Source: Selaginella moellendorffii
Taxonomy: Eukaryota; Plantae; Lycopodiophyta
Direction: 5' to 3'
DNA: 64,000 bases
Assembly (NCBI RefSeq): GCF_000143415.4
Contig: NW_003314306.1
Location: 463,698 to 527,697 of the forward strand
This document shows positions 10,807 through 24,700 of the stretch, one piece after another. The translations under genes were made by a program, and so were the position numbers. How positions within the stretch are numbered: position 1 is the first letter of the stretch; each line of letters opens with the position of its first letter. Under the pieces are notes generated by a model. That model saw only the letters and a list, made by a program, of their open reading frames with translations, did no database searches and had not been told where the DNA came from.

Positions 10807-13800
10807 TCATGCTTGCAGCTCCTTGGCCAGCTCCTTTTTTAGTCTCAGCCTCTTCTTCTTGGAAGGCTTTGTGGACAACGCTGCCACAATGCTCTTCAAG
10901 GCCGACGCGATGCTGATGCTTGCCGGTGGTGGCGAGCTCTCTTGTTTAGTTTCTGCTGCTGGAGGGGTCGTAAGATCATCGATGTCTATCGCCTTCGTGG
11001 CTACTCCAGGTTCTTCTCCTTCGCTGATTACTGCTGGTTTTTCGGTTTTGCTAGCGGCTTTTGGATCCTCTTGTAGCAGCGGACTCTCTTCCTCGCTGGT
11101 GGGAGTCGTTTCCTCGACTTGCTCTTTGTCTTCCTTCTGAGCGTCTGCTAGCTCGTCTTCGACAGTGATGGGAGCTGCGTCATCTGGAGCAGTGATAGCT
11201 TTGTCTTTGGCTGGTGTGAAATCTTCTGGTACTCTTTCAGCTTCTTTCTCTTTCTCTTCCTCTTGAGTTCCTTCGTCTTTGGCAGTGATGGGAGCTGCTT
11301 CGTCTGGAACAATGAGATCTTTGTCTTCGCCTGGTGTGGAAACTTCTGGTACTGCTTTCTCTTTGTCTTCCTCCTGAGTTTCTGCGAGCTGAGTTCCATC
11401 GTCTTCGGCAGTAATGAGAGCTGCTTCGTCTAGAGCAATGTCGCCTTTGTCTTCGGCTGGTGTTGTTGCTTCTTCCTTGTCGTTCTCGTGGACGATGCTT
11501 GTTGTTTCGAGCTCCTTAGCCTTCTGATCCTCGCGATTCTCTGCTGGATGAGTTCCTTCACCAGCAGCTACCGCCGCTTCTTTCTCTTCGTCCGCAGATA
11601 CTATTGTTTCTTCAACTGTTGCTTCTTCATCTTTGCCCGCTTCTTGGTCCGGAAAGGTGACATCTGCGTCGTGAAATTCTTCCTTGTCCGGACTTATACC
11701 TTCTGCTACTTGAGTTTCGTCGTGCACCTCCTCCTTGTCCGGAATTGTATCTCCTGCTACTTGAGTTTCGTTGTGCACCTCTTCCATGTCCGGAATAAGA
11801 GTTTCCTTGTGCACCTCGTCCTTGTCCAGAATTATATCTTCGGCTACTTGAGTTTCGTCGTGCACCTCTTCCTTGTCCGGAATTATATCTTCGGCTACTT
11901 GAGCTTCATCGTGGATCTCTTCTCTGTCTGGAATTATGTCTTCTGCTGTCTGAGTGCTCGTGGAAAGAGCATCCGTTTGGAGAACTGTTGTTTCTTTCTC
12001 TTTCTCTCCGCTTGGATCTTGATCTTCTGCTACTTGAAATCTTTCCTCGCGTTTGTCAGTTGCTTCCATCTCCGAGTTTTCTGCGATCTTAGCCTGAGTT
12101 TCTTCACTGCTCACTGTTTCTTGCACCTTTTCTTCGTCGTCGCCAGCAGCTGGAACATTCCTGTCCACGGCTTCGTCTTTCAAAGGTTCGTGTTCAATCA
12201 GATTTGTTGACTCCTCGGTGTCTCTAATATCTTGCTCGCCTTCTTCAGTCCGACCTTCCACTGGATTTTGGATTGCTTCGTCACCACCTTCGACTGCCTT
12301 GTCCTCCCTGGCTTCGATAGCTCCCTCGACATCTTGGACTGTCGACGGCAAGTCTTCTCCCCCTTTATCATCAGCTTCACTTTGCAGCGTAATCTCCTCG
12401 TGTGGTTTCTCTCCGACTTCTTCAGCAGCTGTGTTCTCAATTCCATCTTGAAGCTCAAGTCCTCTGTCAGCCTCATCTGTCTTTAATAGCCCTTGACTTT
12501 CCAAAACCAGTTCGCCAGCAGACGCTTGATCGTTTCTAGTCGTCTCTTTGCCATCTGCGTCTATTGCTGCTTGATCCTCAGCTCCATCCAACTGTTCTCC
12601 TGCTTGCTTAGTGACCACACTTTCATCTGTTGCTGGTTCAACTTCCACAGCACTGCCTTCGTCTGTATCCTTACTTTCCTGGATGCTATGGTCTTCGGTA
12701 ACTCCAGAGTCCTCCAGCTTCTCAATTTGTGCATCTCTGCCTTCGTCAGCCTCAACTTTGGATTTGGCGTCATCGTCCAAAGTTGTCCCGCTTTCTTCTG
12801 TTGTCATCGTTGGTAGTTCGTCTTCGGTTCTCTTGTCAGCAACGGTATCTTTTGTTTCTTCCGATGATCCGGCAGCTAGTTCGTCGCCCTCGATTTTGTC
12901 TAGAGGTACTGCATCTTCAACGTTGGAACTTTCGACTTCCTGATCAGCCTTGTCTTCGGTTGGTGTCCCGTCAACTTGGTCTTGTCCGTGCAATGTGGTC
13001 TCATTCTCTGCTTCGTGGACTTGCTCAGCCTCGCGTGGTGTTTCTTCAGCCGCTTCTTTCTTGTCTTGAGCATCAGACTCTGGTGCAGCAGATACTTGAT
13101 CAGTTCCATGATCCTCGCCTGCGTCTACTTCGTGATCTCCACTGCTCGTCTTTTCTTCGACACTTTTGCTTCCAGATTCCTCTGCGGCGTCTATCTCCAC
13201 CATCGGTTCTGTTGCTAGTTGTTCCTCACTAACAGTTGCGCTTCCGTCTGGAACAGCTTCCTCGAGTATCCCAGATTTGTCAGCCAGCTCTTCTTTGGCT
13301 TGCACTTTACTTTCTGGATCTTCTGCCACATCGACCAGCTCATCAGCTCGTTCTTCCGTCCCTGTTGTTGATTCCACTGCAGCTTCATCCTCTTTTTCCA
13401 CTTCCCTGTTGTCAGCCATTTGCGATGATGTTCCCTGCTCCTCACCAGGCTTTTCGTTTCCTAGCGACGCAGCATCTGCTTCGTCCGATGCTGCACTCAA
13501 TGCTTGATCTGGGATCTCCTTAGTGACACTCTCTGGTGTTGTTGCAACGTCCTCATTGTGTCTACTGTCAACGGCTGCTGCTGCACCAGTAATCTCCGAC
13601 CCTGCTTCCTCAATTCTCGCGTTTTCATCGACCTTCTCTTTGCTTTCCCCAACTTTATCCTCGCTCTGCGCATCATCGATTTCCTGAGCCTCTGCTGGCT
13701 TTTCGGGATTATTGAGATCTCCAGCCTTCTCATCTTTCTCTTCGATTGTGGTGTTCTTCAAGGGCCTGCTTTCCAGTTGTTCAGAGTCTGCTACTGGTGC

Positions 13801-16800
13801 TTCGTTGTCTGCGTTTCCTGCTGCTTCGACCCTGTCTTCCAGCTGAAGCTCCTCCACTTGTGATTCTTCGTCGCTATTCAGCTCACTGTTTATTACGAGG
13901 TCCCGTGACTCCACCTCAAGTTGTTCTGCTGCTGGCTCTTCACGGTCCTTGGTTTCCTGCTTCTCTAATATCATTTCCGACGTAGATTCATCCGTGTCTG
14001 CTTCATTTGTTGCCGTCGCAGGGACTAGTTCAATCTCCCTTGCTACTTCTGGTGTTTCTGCAGTAGTTTCCATCTGGTCAGGCACTGTGTTTCCAGTCAC
14101 GCCTTCATCATTCGCTGACTCGACGGCTTCAATCTGCTCCATCACCTTAGAAGCGTCCTCGCTCGGTACCGTTTCCTCGATTTTCGCTTCATCGGCTGCT
14201 ACTTCCTTTTCCTCGGGAACTACTCCAATCACCTTAGTCGTCTCGGCCTCCATTTTCATTTCATCGTCCAATGCTTCCTTTTCCTCAGTGCTGGCGACGT
14301 CCTCCTCGATTTGATTACTCGTCTCTAAAGCAGCTGCTGTCTCCTTGATCTTCACGTCATTGTCTGCTGTTCCCTGAATCTTCTCCATCGGTGCTTCTAG
14401 AGAAGTTTCCACCTGGCCTGTTGCTTCCATTTTTACTACAACATCGGCTGTCTCGTCCTCGTTTGTGGCAGCTGCTATTTCTGAGAGATCTTCTACCTGG
14501 CTAGGCACTGTTTCCTCGACCTTCTCTTCATCTGCCGTCTCAGAAGTTGATATACACTCTGTGGCCGCTTCCACAGGATCGAGTGGTTTCTCCTCGTTTG
14601 GGATCGTTTTCTCAACTGGACTCGCATCAGTTTGTTCCTGCTGGACGGTCATTGATTCCTCCTCTGATTGTTGTTCCTCAGCATTCAATGATGTCTCTTC
14701 GAGGCTTGGTGATGGCTCGACTTCGACAGGGCTTCGTTCCGTAGTCTCTACTTCAGCGGGTTCTTCTGTAGTAAGTGGCTCGCTTGCTGCTTCTCCGGTT
14801 CCAGCTTCTTCCGATCCAGCTTCCACTTTTGTAGCCTGCTCCAACGGGTTGATATCAGCTTCGGGAGTTTGAACTGGCGCTCCGATTGTTGTAAGTTCTT
14901 CTGGGGCTATAGGTTGTTCGTCAACTTTTGCCTCCTCAGGGTCAGCGGGCGTTGCTTCTTTTTCCTTCGCTGGAACATCTTCTTCTGCTGTTGGATTCTC
15001 CACCTCGGTCGGTTTTGGTTCTTCCTCCACAGGTGCGTTTACTTCCTCCGTTGACTTGTCAACTGGCGTTGTTTGATCCACACTTTGTTCTGGTGTACTC
15101 TCTGCTGGTGCTTGCATAAGATCGGCTGCTTTCTCGGCCTCGTCTGGCGTTGCTTCCTCGACTGGATTCTCATCAGCTTGTCTTGGCTCTACGGCCGGCG
15201 ATATTTCACTGTCTTCCAGCGTGGTTTCAATCCTCTCTGCCTCGGCATTCAGTGAAGTCTCTTCGAGGCTTGGTTGTGGCTCGGTTTCGGCAGGAATTGG
15301 TTCGAGTTCCACGGTTTCGACCTTGGTGGTATCACCTGTGACGAGTGGCTCGGTTTCGGCAGGAATTGGTTCGGGTTCAACGGTTTCAGCCTTGGCGGGA
15401 TCACCTGAGATGAGTGGCTTGGTTTCAGCAGGGATTGGTTCGGGTTCCACGGTTTCAACCTTGGCGGGATCACCTGTGATGAGTGGCTCGCTTTCAGGGA
15501 TTGCGCTGTCTCCGTTTCCACCTTCTTCCGATCTGGCTACTTCCAGTGTTGGTGCTTCAACAAGTTCCTCCAGCGGCTTGATGTCAGCTTCGGGAGTTTC
15601 CACTGGCGCTCCGATGCTTGTAATAGAATTTAACTCGTCTATCAACGCAGCGTCTGTGCTGTCGCCAGCCTCTGGAAATATAACTTGTTCGTCGACTTTT
15701 TCCTCCTCTGTAGAAGCTGGTTGTTCTTCGGTGCTTGGTGTTTCGGTCAACTCTTCCCTGGGAGGTTTGGAAGTCTCGGCTGTTGTCTCATCCACATTTT
15801 GATGAGTGGCTTCTGCAGATGTCTCCACAGGTTCAACAACTTTCTCTTCCGGAGCTTCAACAAGCTCCTCCTCAGCTCGTTCTTCTGGAAAAGTTGTAGC
15901 AGCTTCTTCATCCCCGCCCGTTGCTACAGCTGGTTTGTGTGTTTCAAGAGCTATTTCCTGCTCCATCACTTCAACTGGCTCGTCCATAGCTGTTTCGTTC
16001 GGTTGAGACGGTTCTTGTGTCTCTACAGAAGTATCCAGCTCGCCAGCCACTGTCTCTTCAGCTTTTACATCGTTTGTTGTTTCCGGAATCTCCTCCACCA
16101 CCTTTGGTGCCTTTACTGTTTCTGAGAAAGTGTTTTCCTGGCCAGCCACTGTTTCCTCTTCATCAACCAGCTCCTTATTTTCTGTCACTGTTTCGCCAAG
16201 CACAGTATTTCCTTCGTGATCGGCTGCAACTTCATCCACCACCAGTGTTTCTATAGAAGTCTCCAAGTCACTAGGCATTGTTTCCTTAGTACTATTTTCA
16301 TGATCGGCTGCTTCCATCTCCTTTGGTGTTTCTAAAGATGCTTGCACGTCAGTTTCCTCGACCTGTTCTTTACTATCGGATGTTGTTTCCTTCTCGTCAG
16401 CGATGGCAGTCTGATCAGACACTGTTTCCTTAACTCCATCGTCCACTGGTTCCGTTTCCTCCGTGCCTGCAACGACTGCTGGTGTCTCAACACTCGTTCC
16501 TGTACCATCCTCTGTTTTCTTTTCCTCGTTGCTAGCGTCGTTTTCATGCGGAGTAACTTCTTCAGAAACTGTTTCTAAAGAAGTTTCTACCGCGTCCGAG
16601 AGTGTTTTGTCATTCGTTTCGTCATTATTCCCTTGTTCCTTCTCAGTGTTCCTGGCTCCACTTTCCTCCATCGCTTCCACCTTAACATCTTCATCAGGAA
16701 CAGTAAGCTCGCGTTCCCCATCAGGCAAGCTTTGACGCTCAATATCCTCTGTTATTTCAGCTACCGTATCCACGATGTCATCTCCTGCTGTGCCTTCAGT

Positions 16801-17956
16801 CGCTGAATCTTCTTGGCCATGATCTCCAGAGTTTCTTGCTGCATCAACAGTTACTGCTTCTTCAACCATGTCCGACTTTTCTTGCAAATCACTTCCGTCG
16901 CTTGTCGCTGGAATCGAGGCCAAAGTATCAACATCAGCTGCTGCTCCAACTTCTTCTTTCGCACTCGAGTTCTCCGGATTACCTCCCACTTCCAATGACG
17001 ATGTCCCTTCGGCTACTGTTTCATTCTCATGTTGACTACTCTGTTCCTCGATCTGATGTTCCAAATGACTTCCAGGGGACTTCTCTTCGTCAGGGATCTG
17101 GGCATCACTTTCTGCACGAGGTGCTGCTTGTTCGCTTGTTCCAACTTCGATGCCACCTTTTCCACTATCGTGAAAACTTTCATCAGAAGTGTTCCTGTTC
17201 TCAGATTCCCCGACGACTGATCCGCTTTCCTCTTCAGTTTTCGCTGAATTATCAACCTCGGCCAGACTTGGTTCGTCTAACTTGAGTTGATCCTTGCTTT
17301 GCTGTGGATCTGTTTCTTCCAGTGACTCTTGTCCACTCCCATTTTTCGTTACCTCTGCTACTCGATCCTCGGCTTCTAGCTTACTTCCAAGAGTCTGATC
17401 TTCGAGAAGAACCTTACCATCAAGATCTTCGCTTGCTACGTCCGTTTGTGAACTTGCCTTGTCTTCGTCGACACGATCTTTCACAACCTCTTGTACCCCG
17501 TGCTCGACTGGAGCAGGTTCCTCGACTGGGTTCATCTCAGCTCCTTCTCCGTCATCTTTACTTGCAATTAACGCTTGACCACCATTTTCTTCGACTTTAT
17601 CCACAAGTTTCTTCTCGTCCAGAGGTTCCACTAAAACAGCCGCCGGATTCTCTTCCTCAGACTTACCATCTTCGACAGGCTTTGATTCTTTTTCTCCAGA
17701 TCTAACGCTTAAGTCCTTTTTACTCTGATCACTGTCTACTCCACTCTTCTCCTTATCCAAAAAACTAACGCCGCTCAAAGAACTATTCTCACTCTTGCTT
17801 TCTAAAGCTAAGCCTTCGATGGCGATGCTCTCTTCGGCAGCCTACGAGAAGAATGCGATAGAAAAATCAAAATCTTGCCACTAAAATCTTATGCTAAAGA
17901 TCTCTAAGCCATACCTGGATCGCGTCGCTATTTACTTCCGCATCATCTAGGCCCAT
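10807..17956 (-). CDS. Giant acidic (Glu-rich) low-complexity protein A, ~2,358 aa, with basic C-terminal tail
   Basis: Exon 1 is 17956-17915 (MGLDDAEVNSDAIQ), followed by a GT-AG intron. Exon 2 (17841-10807) is a single open frame of ~7 kb with internal 17-aa and 20-aa repeats. Confidence 0.85.
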
Positions 17957-18712
17957 GGCAGAGGTATTCGATCAAAAACAGCACCACGGATCGATCGATC
18001 CTCCAATGAAAGAACAGATTCCGCCTCTGCTCCAAAAATCAAGCCCGGGATCGCAAAGATCGAACCGAAACTCGATCGATCGCTCGCCAGGCGCCAAGGA
18101 AAACCTATCTAGATCCACTGAGAAGAAATAATCGCCCTAAAATCTCATCATATATCCACATACACCGCCAACGTCTTGTCTCCTACAATATTCCTTCCAG
18201 AAAGGAATCGGATCAAAAAAATTGGGCGGGAAAATGCTTGCGTGTCAGGTCCACATGGCCCAGCATCTATCCACATCACCTTTCTTTTTGGTCGGCACCG
18301 TCCAAACTGTCCTCCACCCTGGCATGGGCCACACAGAGCTAGCTGTCCAGTCATTCTTTTCTCTTTTTTCCTGGCCACTAGGTGGAGAAGTTTAAATGGA
18401 GGATGATGTGGGCAATCCAAAAGGTGGCAAAGATTGGAATCCAAATTCTAAAAGATATTCACACCGACATAAAGCTGTCCAAGCTGACAATGATCTTTAG
18501 AATAGTTCTTTGGTTGCATGCAAGCTAGCATTTATATTCCTTCCCACCACATCGGCGAGAATAATATACAGAGCTTATCAACCAAACACAATTTTCTTTA
18601 TACTATATAACTGTATGTACAGAGCTTCTTATCCAAACCATGAGCTCTCCGTAGAGAGAGCTGTTTCGCGTTTTTCAGTTATTTCATATTGGCTCTGTGT
18701 TTTGTCATGCGA

Positions 18713-21700
18713 TCAACTGCTTGCTTCTACTTTTGCTGTTTCATCTGATAGTTTTGTTTCCGAGGTTGTTTCGTGATGGGCTGGTTCAACAAAGTCAACG
18801 GGCTTGTCTTCCTGAGATTCTTTCGTAGTTTCAGTTTCGGTTTTGCTTTCACGTTCGGTTTCGGTTTCAGGTTCTGCTGGCATCTCATCCTCGTGCGTCT
18901 CATGGTTTGCTTCCTCTGCAATTGACTTTGGGTTTGACGTCAGCTCTTCCACTTTTTCAGGGTCAGCAGCCGTTGACATTGTACTCTCTTCTTCTTTCTT
19001 GGTAGGAACGTCTTCTGCTACTGCTGCTGAATTCTCCACCTCGGTCGCTTGTGGTTCATCGTCCAAACTTGGTGCGTTTACTTCCTCCGTTGACTTCTCG
19101 CCAAGGTCAACTAGTGTTGTTTGATCCACACTTTGTTCTGGTGTACTTTGTTCTAGTGTAGTATCTGCTGGTGCATTCTCAACCTCATCTGGCGCTGTTT
19201 CCACGACTGGATTCTCGTCAGCTTGTCCCGGCTCTAGGGCCGCTAGTACTTCGTTGTCTTTCGGAGTGGTTTCAATCTGCTCTGGCTCCTCAACTGGTTC
19301 GTGTTCCGCGGCATTCAGTGGAGTCTCCTCGAGGCTTGGTGCTGTCTCGGTTTCGCCAGGGATTGGTTCGGGTTCCACGGTTTCAACCTTGGCGGGATCA
19401 CCTGTGATGAGTGGCTGGCTTTCCGGCATTGCACGGTCTCCGGTTCCAGCTTCTTCAGATCCGGCTACTTCCAGGCTTGGTGCATCAAGTTCTTCCAGTG
19501 GCTTGATGTCAGCTTCGGGAGTTTCCGCTGGGTCTTCCACCGCCGCTTCAATGTTTGTAGTAGGATTTGATTCTTCTATTGATGCAGCGTCTGTGCTCTC
19601 GCCACCTTCTGGGAATATAACTTGTTCGCCAACTTTTTCCTCCTCTACCGAAGCTGGTTGTTCTTCTGTGCTTGGTGTTTCAATAGACTCTTCCGTGGGA
19701 GATTTGGAACTCTCGGCTGTTGTTTCATCCACATTTTGATGCGACACTTCCTTGGGTTCTCCAGGCGTCTCCACAACTCCAGCAGCATTCTCTTCTGCAG
19801 TTCCAACGAGCTTCTCCTCAGCTGGTTCATGTGGAGGAATTGTAACAGCTTGTTCTGGCTCTTGTATCTCTAGAGCTCTTTCCTCCTCCTGTGCTTCAGC
19901 AGGCTTGTCCATTTCAGTAGCTGGTTTGTTCAGACCAGTCGTTTGATCAGCCAGTTCCTGTGTGTCGTCCTCTACGTGTTTCTCTGCAGGCTCCTCCATT
20001 GGTTCATCTGCTTGAGCTGCTGCCTCTGTTTCAAGAGTTTTGTCATCTTCCGTCGTGGCAGCCGGTTCCTTTGCTTCCAGTTCCTGTGTTTCATTGTTGG
20101 TTGTCTCGTGCTTTTCCGGAATCTCCTGTTTTAGTTCGTCCGGCTTCGTAGTTTGGACTGCTTCTTGTGTCACAGGAGTTCCTTCAGAAGGCTCCACCAT
20201 TGCAGGAACTGGCTCATCCACACTGGTTAATTCTGCAGCTGGTTCATCCAAACTAGTTCTTTCAGCTTGCTCCTGTGTCTCACTGGCTGGTTCGTCTACT
20301 TGTTTTTCAGGAACCTCCACTGGATCATCCATCACGACCGCTGGATCGAGCTCGTCCTTGCTCGTTACTGGTTCCTGTGTTTCAAGAGCTCTTTCGTCTG
20401 CTTCTTGTTCCCCGGGCTCTTCCACAGTCACAGCTGGTTGTGGTTCCTCACTTGGTGTTTGAGCAACTGTTTCCTCTTCAGCCTGTTTCAGAACTTCAAC
20501 AGGCTCATTAGCTGGTTCATCCACAGCTGGCGTCTCAAGAAGTGGCTCTTCTGAAGCTGTGTCTTCAGCAGGTTCCTCTAACTTAGCAGCTGCTTCCTCC
20601 TCGCTTGTCGTTTGAACCGTTTCAGGAACTGCTTGTTGTTCTGGAAGTTCGCCTGGCTCATTTGGAGTAGGAGCTGGTTCATCCGCAACTGGCTGGTGAA
20701 CTTCAACAGGCTCCTCCACGGAAGATGGTTCTTTCTCACTCGTTTGATCCTTTGCATGTTGCTCTGGAACTTCGACTGGTTCAGCATCTAGAGTAGAAGC
20801 TGGTTGATCCACAACCGGCTCATCCGCCACCACAGATGATGGTTCCTTCTCACTCGTCGTTTCATCCTCTGCAAGTTGCTCCAAAACTTCAACTGGCTCA
20901 ACATCTAGATGCGAAGCTGGTTGATCCACAACCGGCTCGTCTGCCACCACAGAAGATGGTTCCTTCTCACTCGTCGTCTCAACAGTCTGGTCCTCTGCAT
21001 GTTGTTCTTGAACTTCAACTGGCTCAGCATCTAGAGTAGAAGCCGGTTGATCCACAACTGGCTCGTCTGCCACCACAGAAGATGGTTCCTTCTCACTTGT
21101 CGTTTCATCCTTTGCAAGTTGTTCCGGAACTTCGACTGGCTCAGCATCTAGATGTGAAGCTGGTTGATCCACAACTGGCTCGTCGGCCACCACAGAAGAT
21201 GGTTCCTTCTCACTTGTTTCAACAGTCGAAGATGGTTCCTTCTCACTTGTCGTTTCATCCTTTGCAAGTTGTTCTGGAACTTCGACCGGCTCAGCATCTG
21301 GTTGATCCACAACTGGCTCGTCCGCCACCACAGAAGATGATTCCTTCTCACTCGCAACGGTCTCGTCCTCTGCAAGTTGTTCCGGAACTTCGACTGGAAC
21401 TTCAACTGGCTTTGCATCTAGAGTAGAAGCTGGTTGATCCACAACTGGCTCGTCCGAAGCTGTGACTTCAACGGGTTCCACCACCAAAGAAGATGGTTCC
21501 TTCTCACTCGTTGTTTCAATAGTCTCATCCTCTGCATGTTCTTCTGGAACTTCGACTGGCTCTGGATCTGGTTGATTCACAACTGACTCATCCGAAGCTG
21601 TAACTTCCACCGGTTCCAATGGTTCCTTCGTAGTTTCATCCTCTGCATGTTGCTCTGGAACTTCGACTGCCTCACCTAGAGCAGAAGCTGGTTCATCCAC

Positions 21701-24700
21701 AACTTGCTCGTCGGCCATAGAAGGTGGTTCCTTCTCACGAGTCGTTTGAACAGTCTCATCCTCTGCATGTTGTTTTGGAAGTTCGACTGGCTCAGCATCT
21801 AGCGTAGAAGCTGGTTGATCCAGAACTGCGTCCGAAGCTGTGACTTCAGCAGGTTCCTCCACCACCAATGGTTCCCTCTTGCTCGTGGTCTCATCCTCTG
21901 CATGTTGCTCTGGAACTTCGACTGCCTCACCTAGAGCAGAAGCTGGTTCATCCACAACTGGCTCGTCCAAAGCTGTGGCTTCCTCCGCCATAGAAGATGG
22001 TTCTTTCTCACTAGTCTCATCCTTTGCATGTTGTTCCGGGACTTCGACTGGCATAGCAGCTTGTTCATCCACGGGGGATGTCTCAACGGGCTCCTCCAAA
22101 GTTTCGACTTCGGCAGGCTCCTCCTCACGTGTTGCTTGAACTGTTTCCGTCACCAGTTCTTCTGGATGTTGTCCTGGAACTTCAACAGGTTCATCTTGAG
22201 TAGGAGCTGGTTCGTCCACGACGGGTGACTTTACTGGCTCTTCAGGAGCCTCCTCCAACTTAGCTGATGGTTCCTCCTTGCTCGTGGTTGGAGCTATTTC
22301 ATCCTCTAAATGCTGTTCCGGAACTTTGACAGGATATGAAGCTTCAACTTCAGCAGGCTCCTCCACATTAGCAGATGGTTCCTCCTCGCTCGTCGTTGGA
22401 ACTGTTTCAACCCCCGGTTCCTTCAAATCTTGTTCTGGAACTTCGACAGGTTCATCTCGAGTAGGAGCTGGTTCATCCACGACAGGTGCCTCCGCTGGCT
22501 CTTCCAAAGCTTCACCTTCCTCCAGCTTAGCAGTTGATGGTTCCTCAGTCACGAGTTCCTTCAAATTTTGTTCTAAAACTTCAGCAGGCTCGTGAGCTGG
22601 TTCGTCCACGGGGGATGTCTCCACCGGCTCTTGCGAAGCTTCACCATCAGCAGGTTCCTTCAACTTACCCTCGGCTGGATCCTCCACAGTCGTTGTCTCT
22701 GGCGTCCCAAGAGCTGGTTTTTCAGCCTCGGCTGGTTCCTCCACAGTCGTCGTCTCTGGCGTCCCAAGAGCTCGTTCTTCAACCTCGGCTGGTTCCTCCA
22801 CAGTCGTCGTCTCTGGCGGCTCAAGAGCTCGTTCTTCAACCTCGGCTGGTTCCTCCGCAGTCGTCGTCTTTGGCGTCCCAAGAGCTGGTTGTTCAACCTC
22901 GGCTGTTTCCATAGTTGGTTCTTGTTCTTCCGTTTTTGCTTCAACAGTTTCCTCTAAAGCTGGCTCAGAGGCTGCTGCTTCCTCTTTACCAATAGCGTCA
23001 TCCGTAGTTGACGTAGTAGTATCCAGCTTATCCTCGGCCGGTTTCTCCGTCTCTGGCGTCCCATCTTCAACCTCGGCTGGTTCCATCGTCCCGATGGTTA
23101 GTTCTTGCAGATCACGATCCGTTGATGCTGGTTCTTCTGCTTTTCCTTCAACAGGTTCCTCCAAAGCTGGCTCAGATATTGTTGCGTCCTCTTTACCAAT
23201 AGCGTCATCCATAGTCTCCAACTCATCCTCGGCTGGTTCTTCCACTGTCGTCCCAAGAGCTGGTTCTTCAACCTCGGGCGGTTTCTCCGTCTCTGGCGTC
23301 TCATCTTCAACCTCGGCTGGTTCCATTGTCCCGATGGTTGGTTCTTGCAGATCACGATCAGTTGATGCTGGTTCTTCTGATTTTCCTTCAACAGGTTCCT
23401 CCAAACCTGGCTCAGATGCTGTTGCATCCTCTTTACCAATAGCGTCATCCATAGTCTCCAACTCATCCTCGGCTGGTTCTTCCACTGTCGTTGTCTCTGG
23501 CGTCCCAAGAGCTGGTTCTTCAACCTCGGCTGGTTCCATTGTCTCGATGGTTGGTTCTTGCAGATCACGATCAGTTGATGCTGGTTCTTCAGCCAAAGTC
23601 ACTGGTTGATCAGTGCTCTCTTCAACCACGCTAGGAGGCTCAGCTTTGGCTTCAAGAACTTGATACTCAGGTTCTTCCGCAGCTTCAACTTGAGGCTCAT
23701 CTGCTAGTGATTTCGTTCGTTCAGTTTCTTCACCAGTTTCTTCCTGCGTCTCGGCAGTTGGCGCTGCTTCAACACTTGTTTCAACTCCCGTGTCCTCTTT
23801 CCTGTCAAGTTCAGCCCCAGCCTTCTCATCTGAAACAGCTTCCACGGTTGGAGCAGCGTCGTCAACTGTTGCATCGGGTGAAACTTCAGTTTCGACGTCA
23901 GGAGCGGAGCTCGTAACCTCGGAGTTCTCCGTGATATCAGGTGCCGTTGTCGCAGGAATATTAAAAGTTTCCGGTGCAACTTCTCTAGACTCTTCGTTTG
24001 GTTCGAGAGTATCCTCTTCCTTGACCTCCAAAGTATCAGGTCCTTGAGCTCCAGCCGTTTCTGGAGGAGGCTCGACGCCTCCTTCTTCACTTAGCACAGC
24101 CTCTTCAGACGGTGTAGCGTCAAGAGCCACTGTCGTGTCTTCTAACGCAGAACTTTCCTCACTCTCAACAGGCTGAGTAGTAGAAGCAGCCGCTTTAGCA
24201 CCTGTTTCCTCCGGCAAGCTCACTGGAGCTGCTTCTTCTTTCGCAGCACCGGCACTGTCCAAATTGGTTTCCTCGCTCACAGGTTCTTCACGATCCTTTG
24301 ACTCAACCTCAATCTTGCTATCTTCAACCTGTGGCGTCTCTTCTTCAGTTGGAATTTCTTCCGTTTTTTCTTCCATTGGCGGCACAATTTCGGCCTGAGC
24401 AGCACTCTCGCTGTCCACTTTTTCCTCAACTTGAGGAGGAGCTTCGTCCATTTGCAGTTCTTTGTCACCGCTAGACACATTGTCGGTTTCATGCATGGTT
24501 TCTGGTGTAGCAGCCTCGAACTCTTCGGCTTGAGTAGGAACTTCTTCCGTTTTCCCTTGATTATCTTTGCTTTCAGGCACTTTGTCGACTGTCTCTGCCG
24601 CCAGAGTTTCCTCCGCTTTCGGTTCGGTTTCTTCGACCTCGGCCTCGATGTGGGTTTCCGGCATCTGTTCGGGTTGATCGACATCTTCAGCTTTAACTTC

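Noticed and set aside
20700-23600. Regularly spaced direct repeats resembling a CRISPR array
   Set aside because: They are in-frame coding repeats with homologous rather than unique spacers, in a eukaryotic context with no cas genes.
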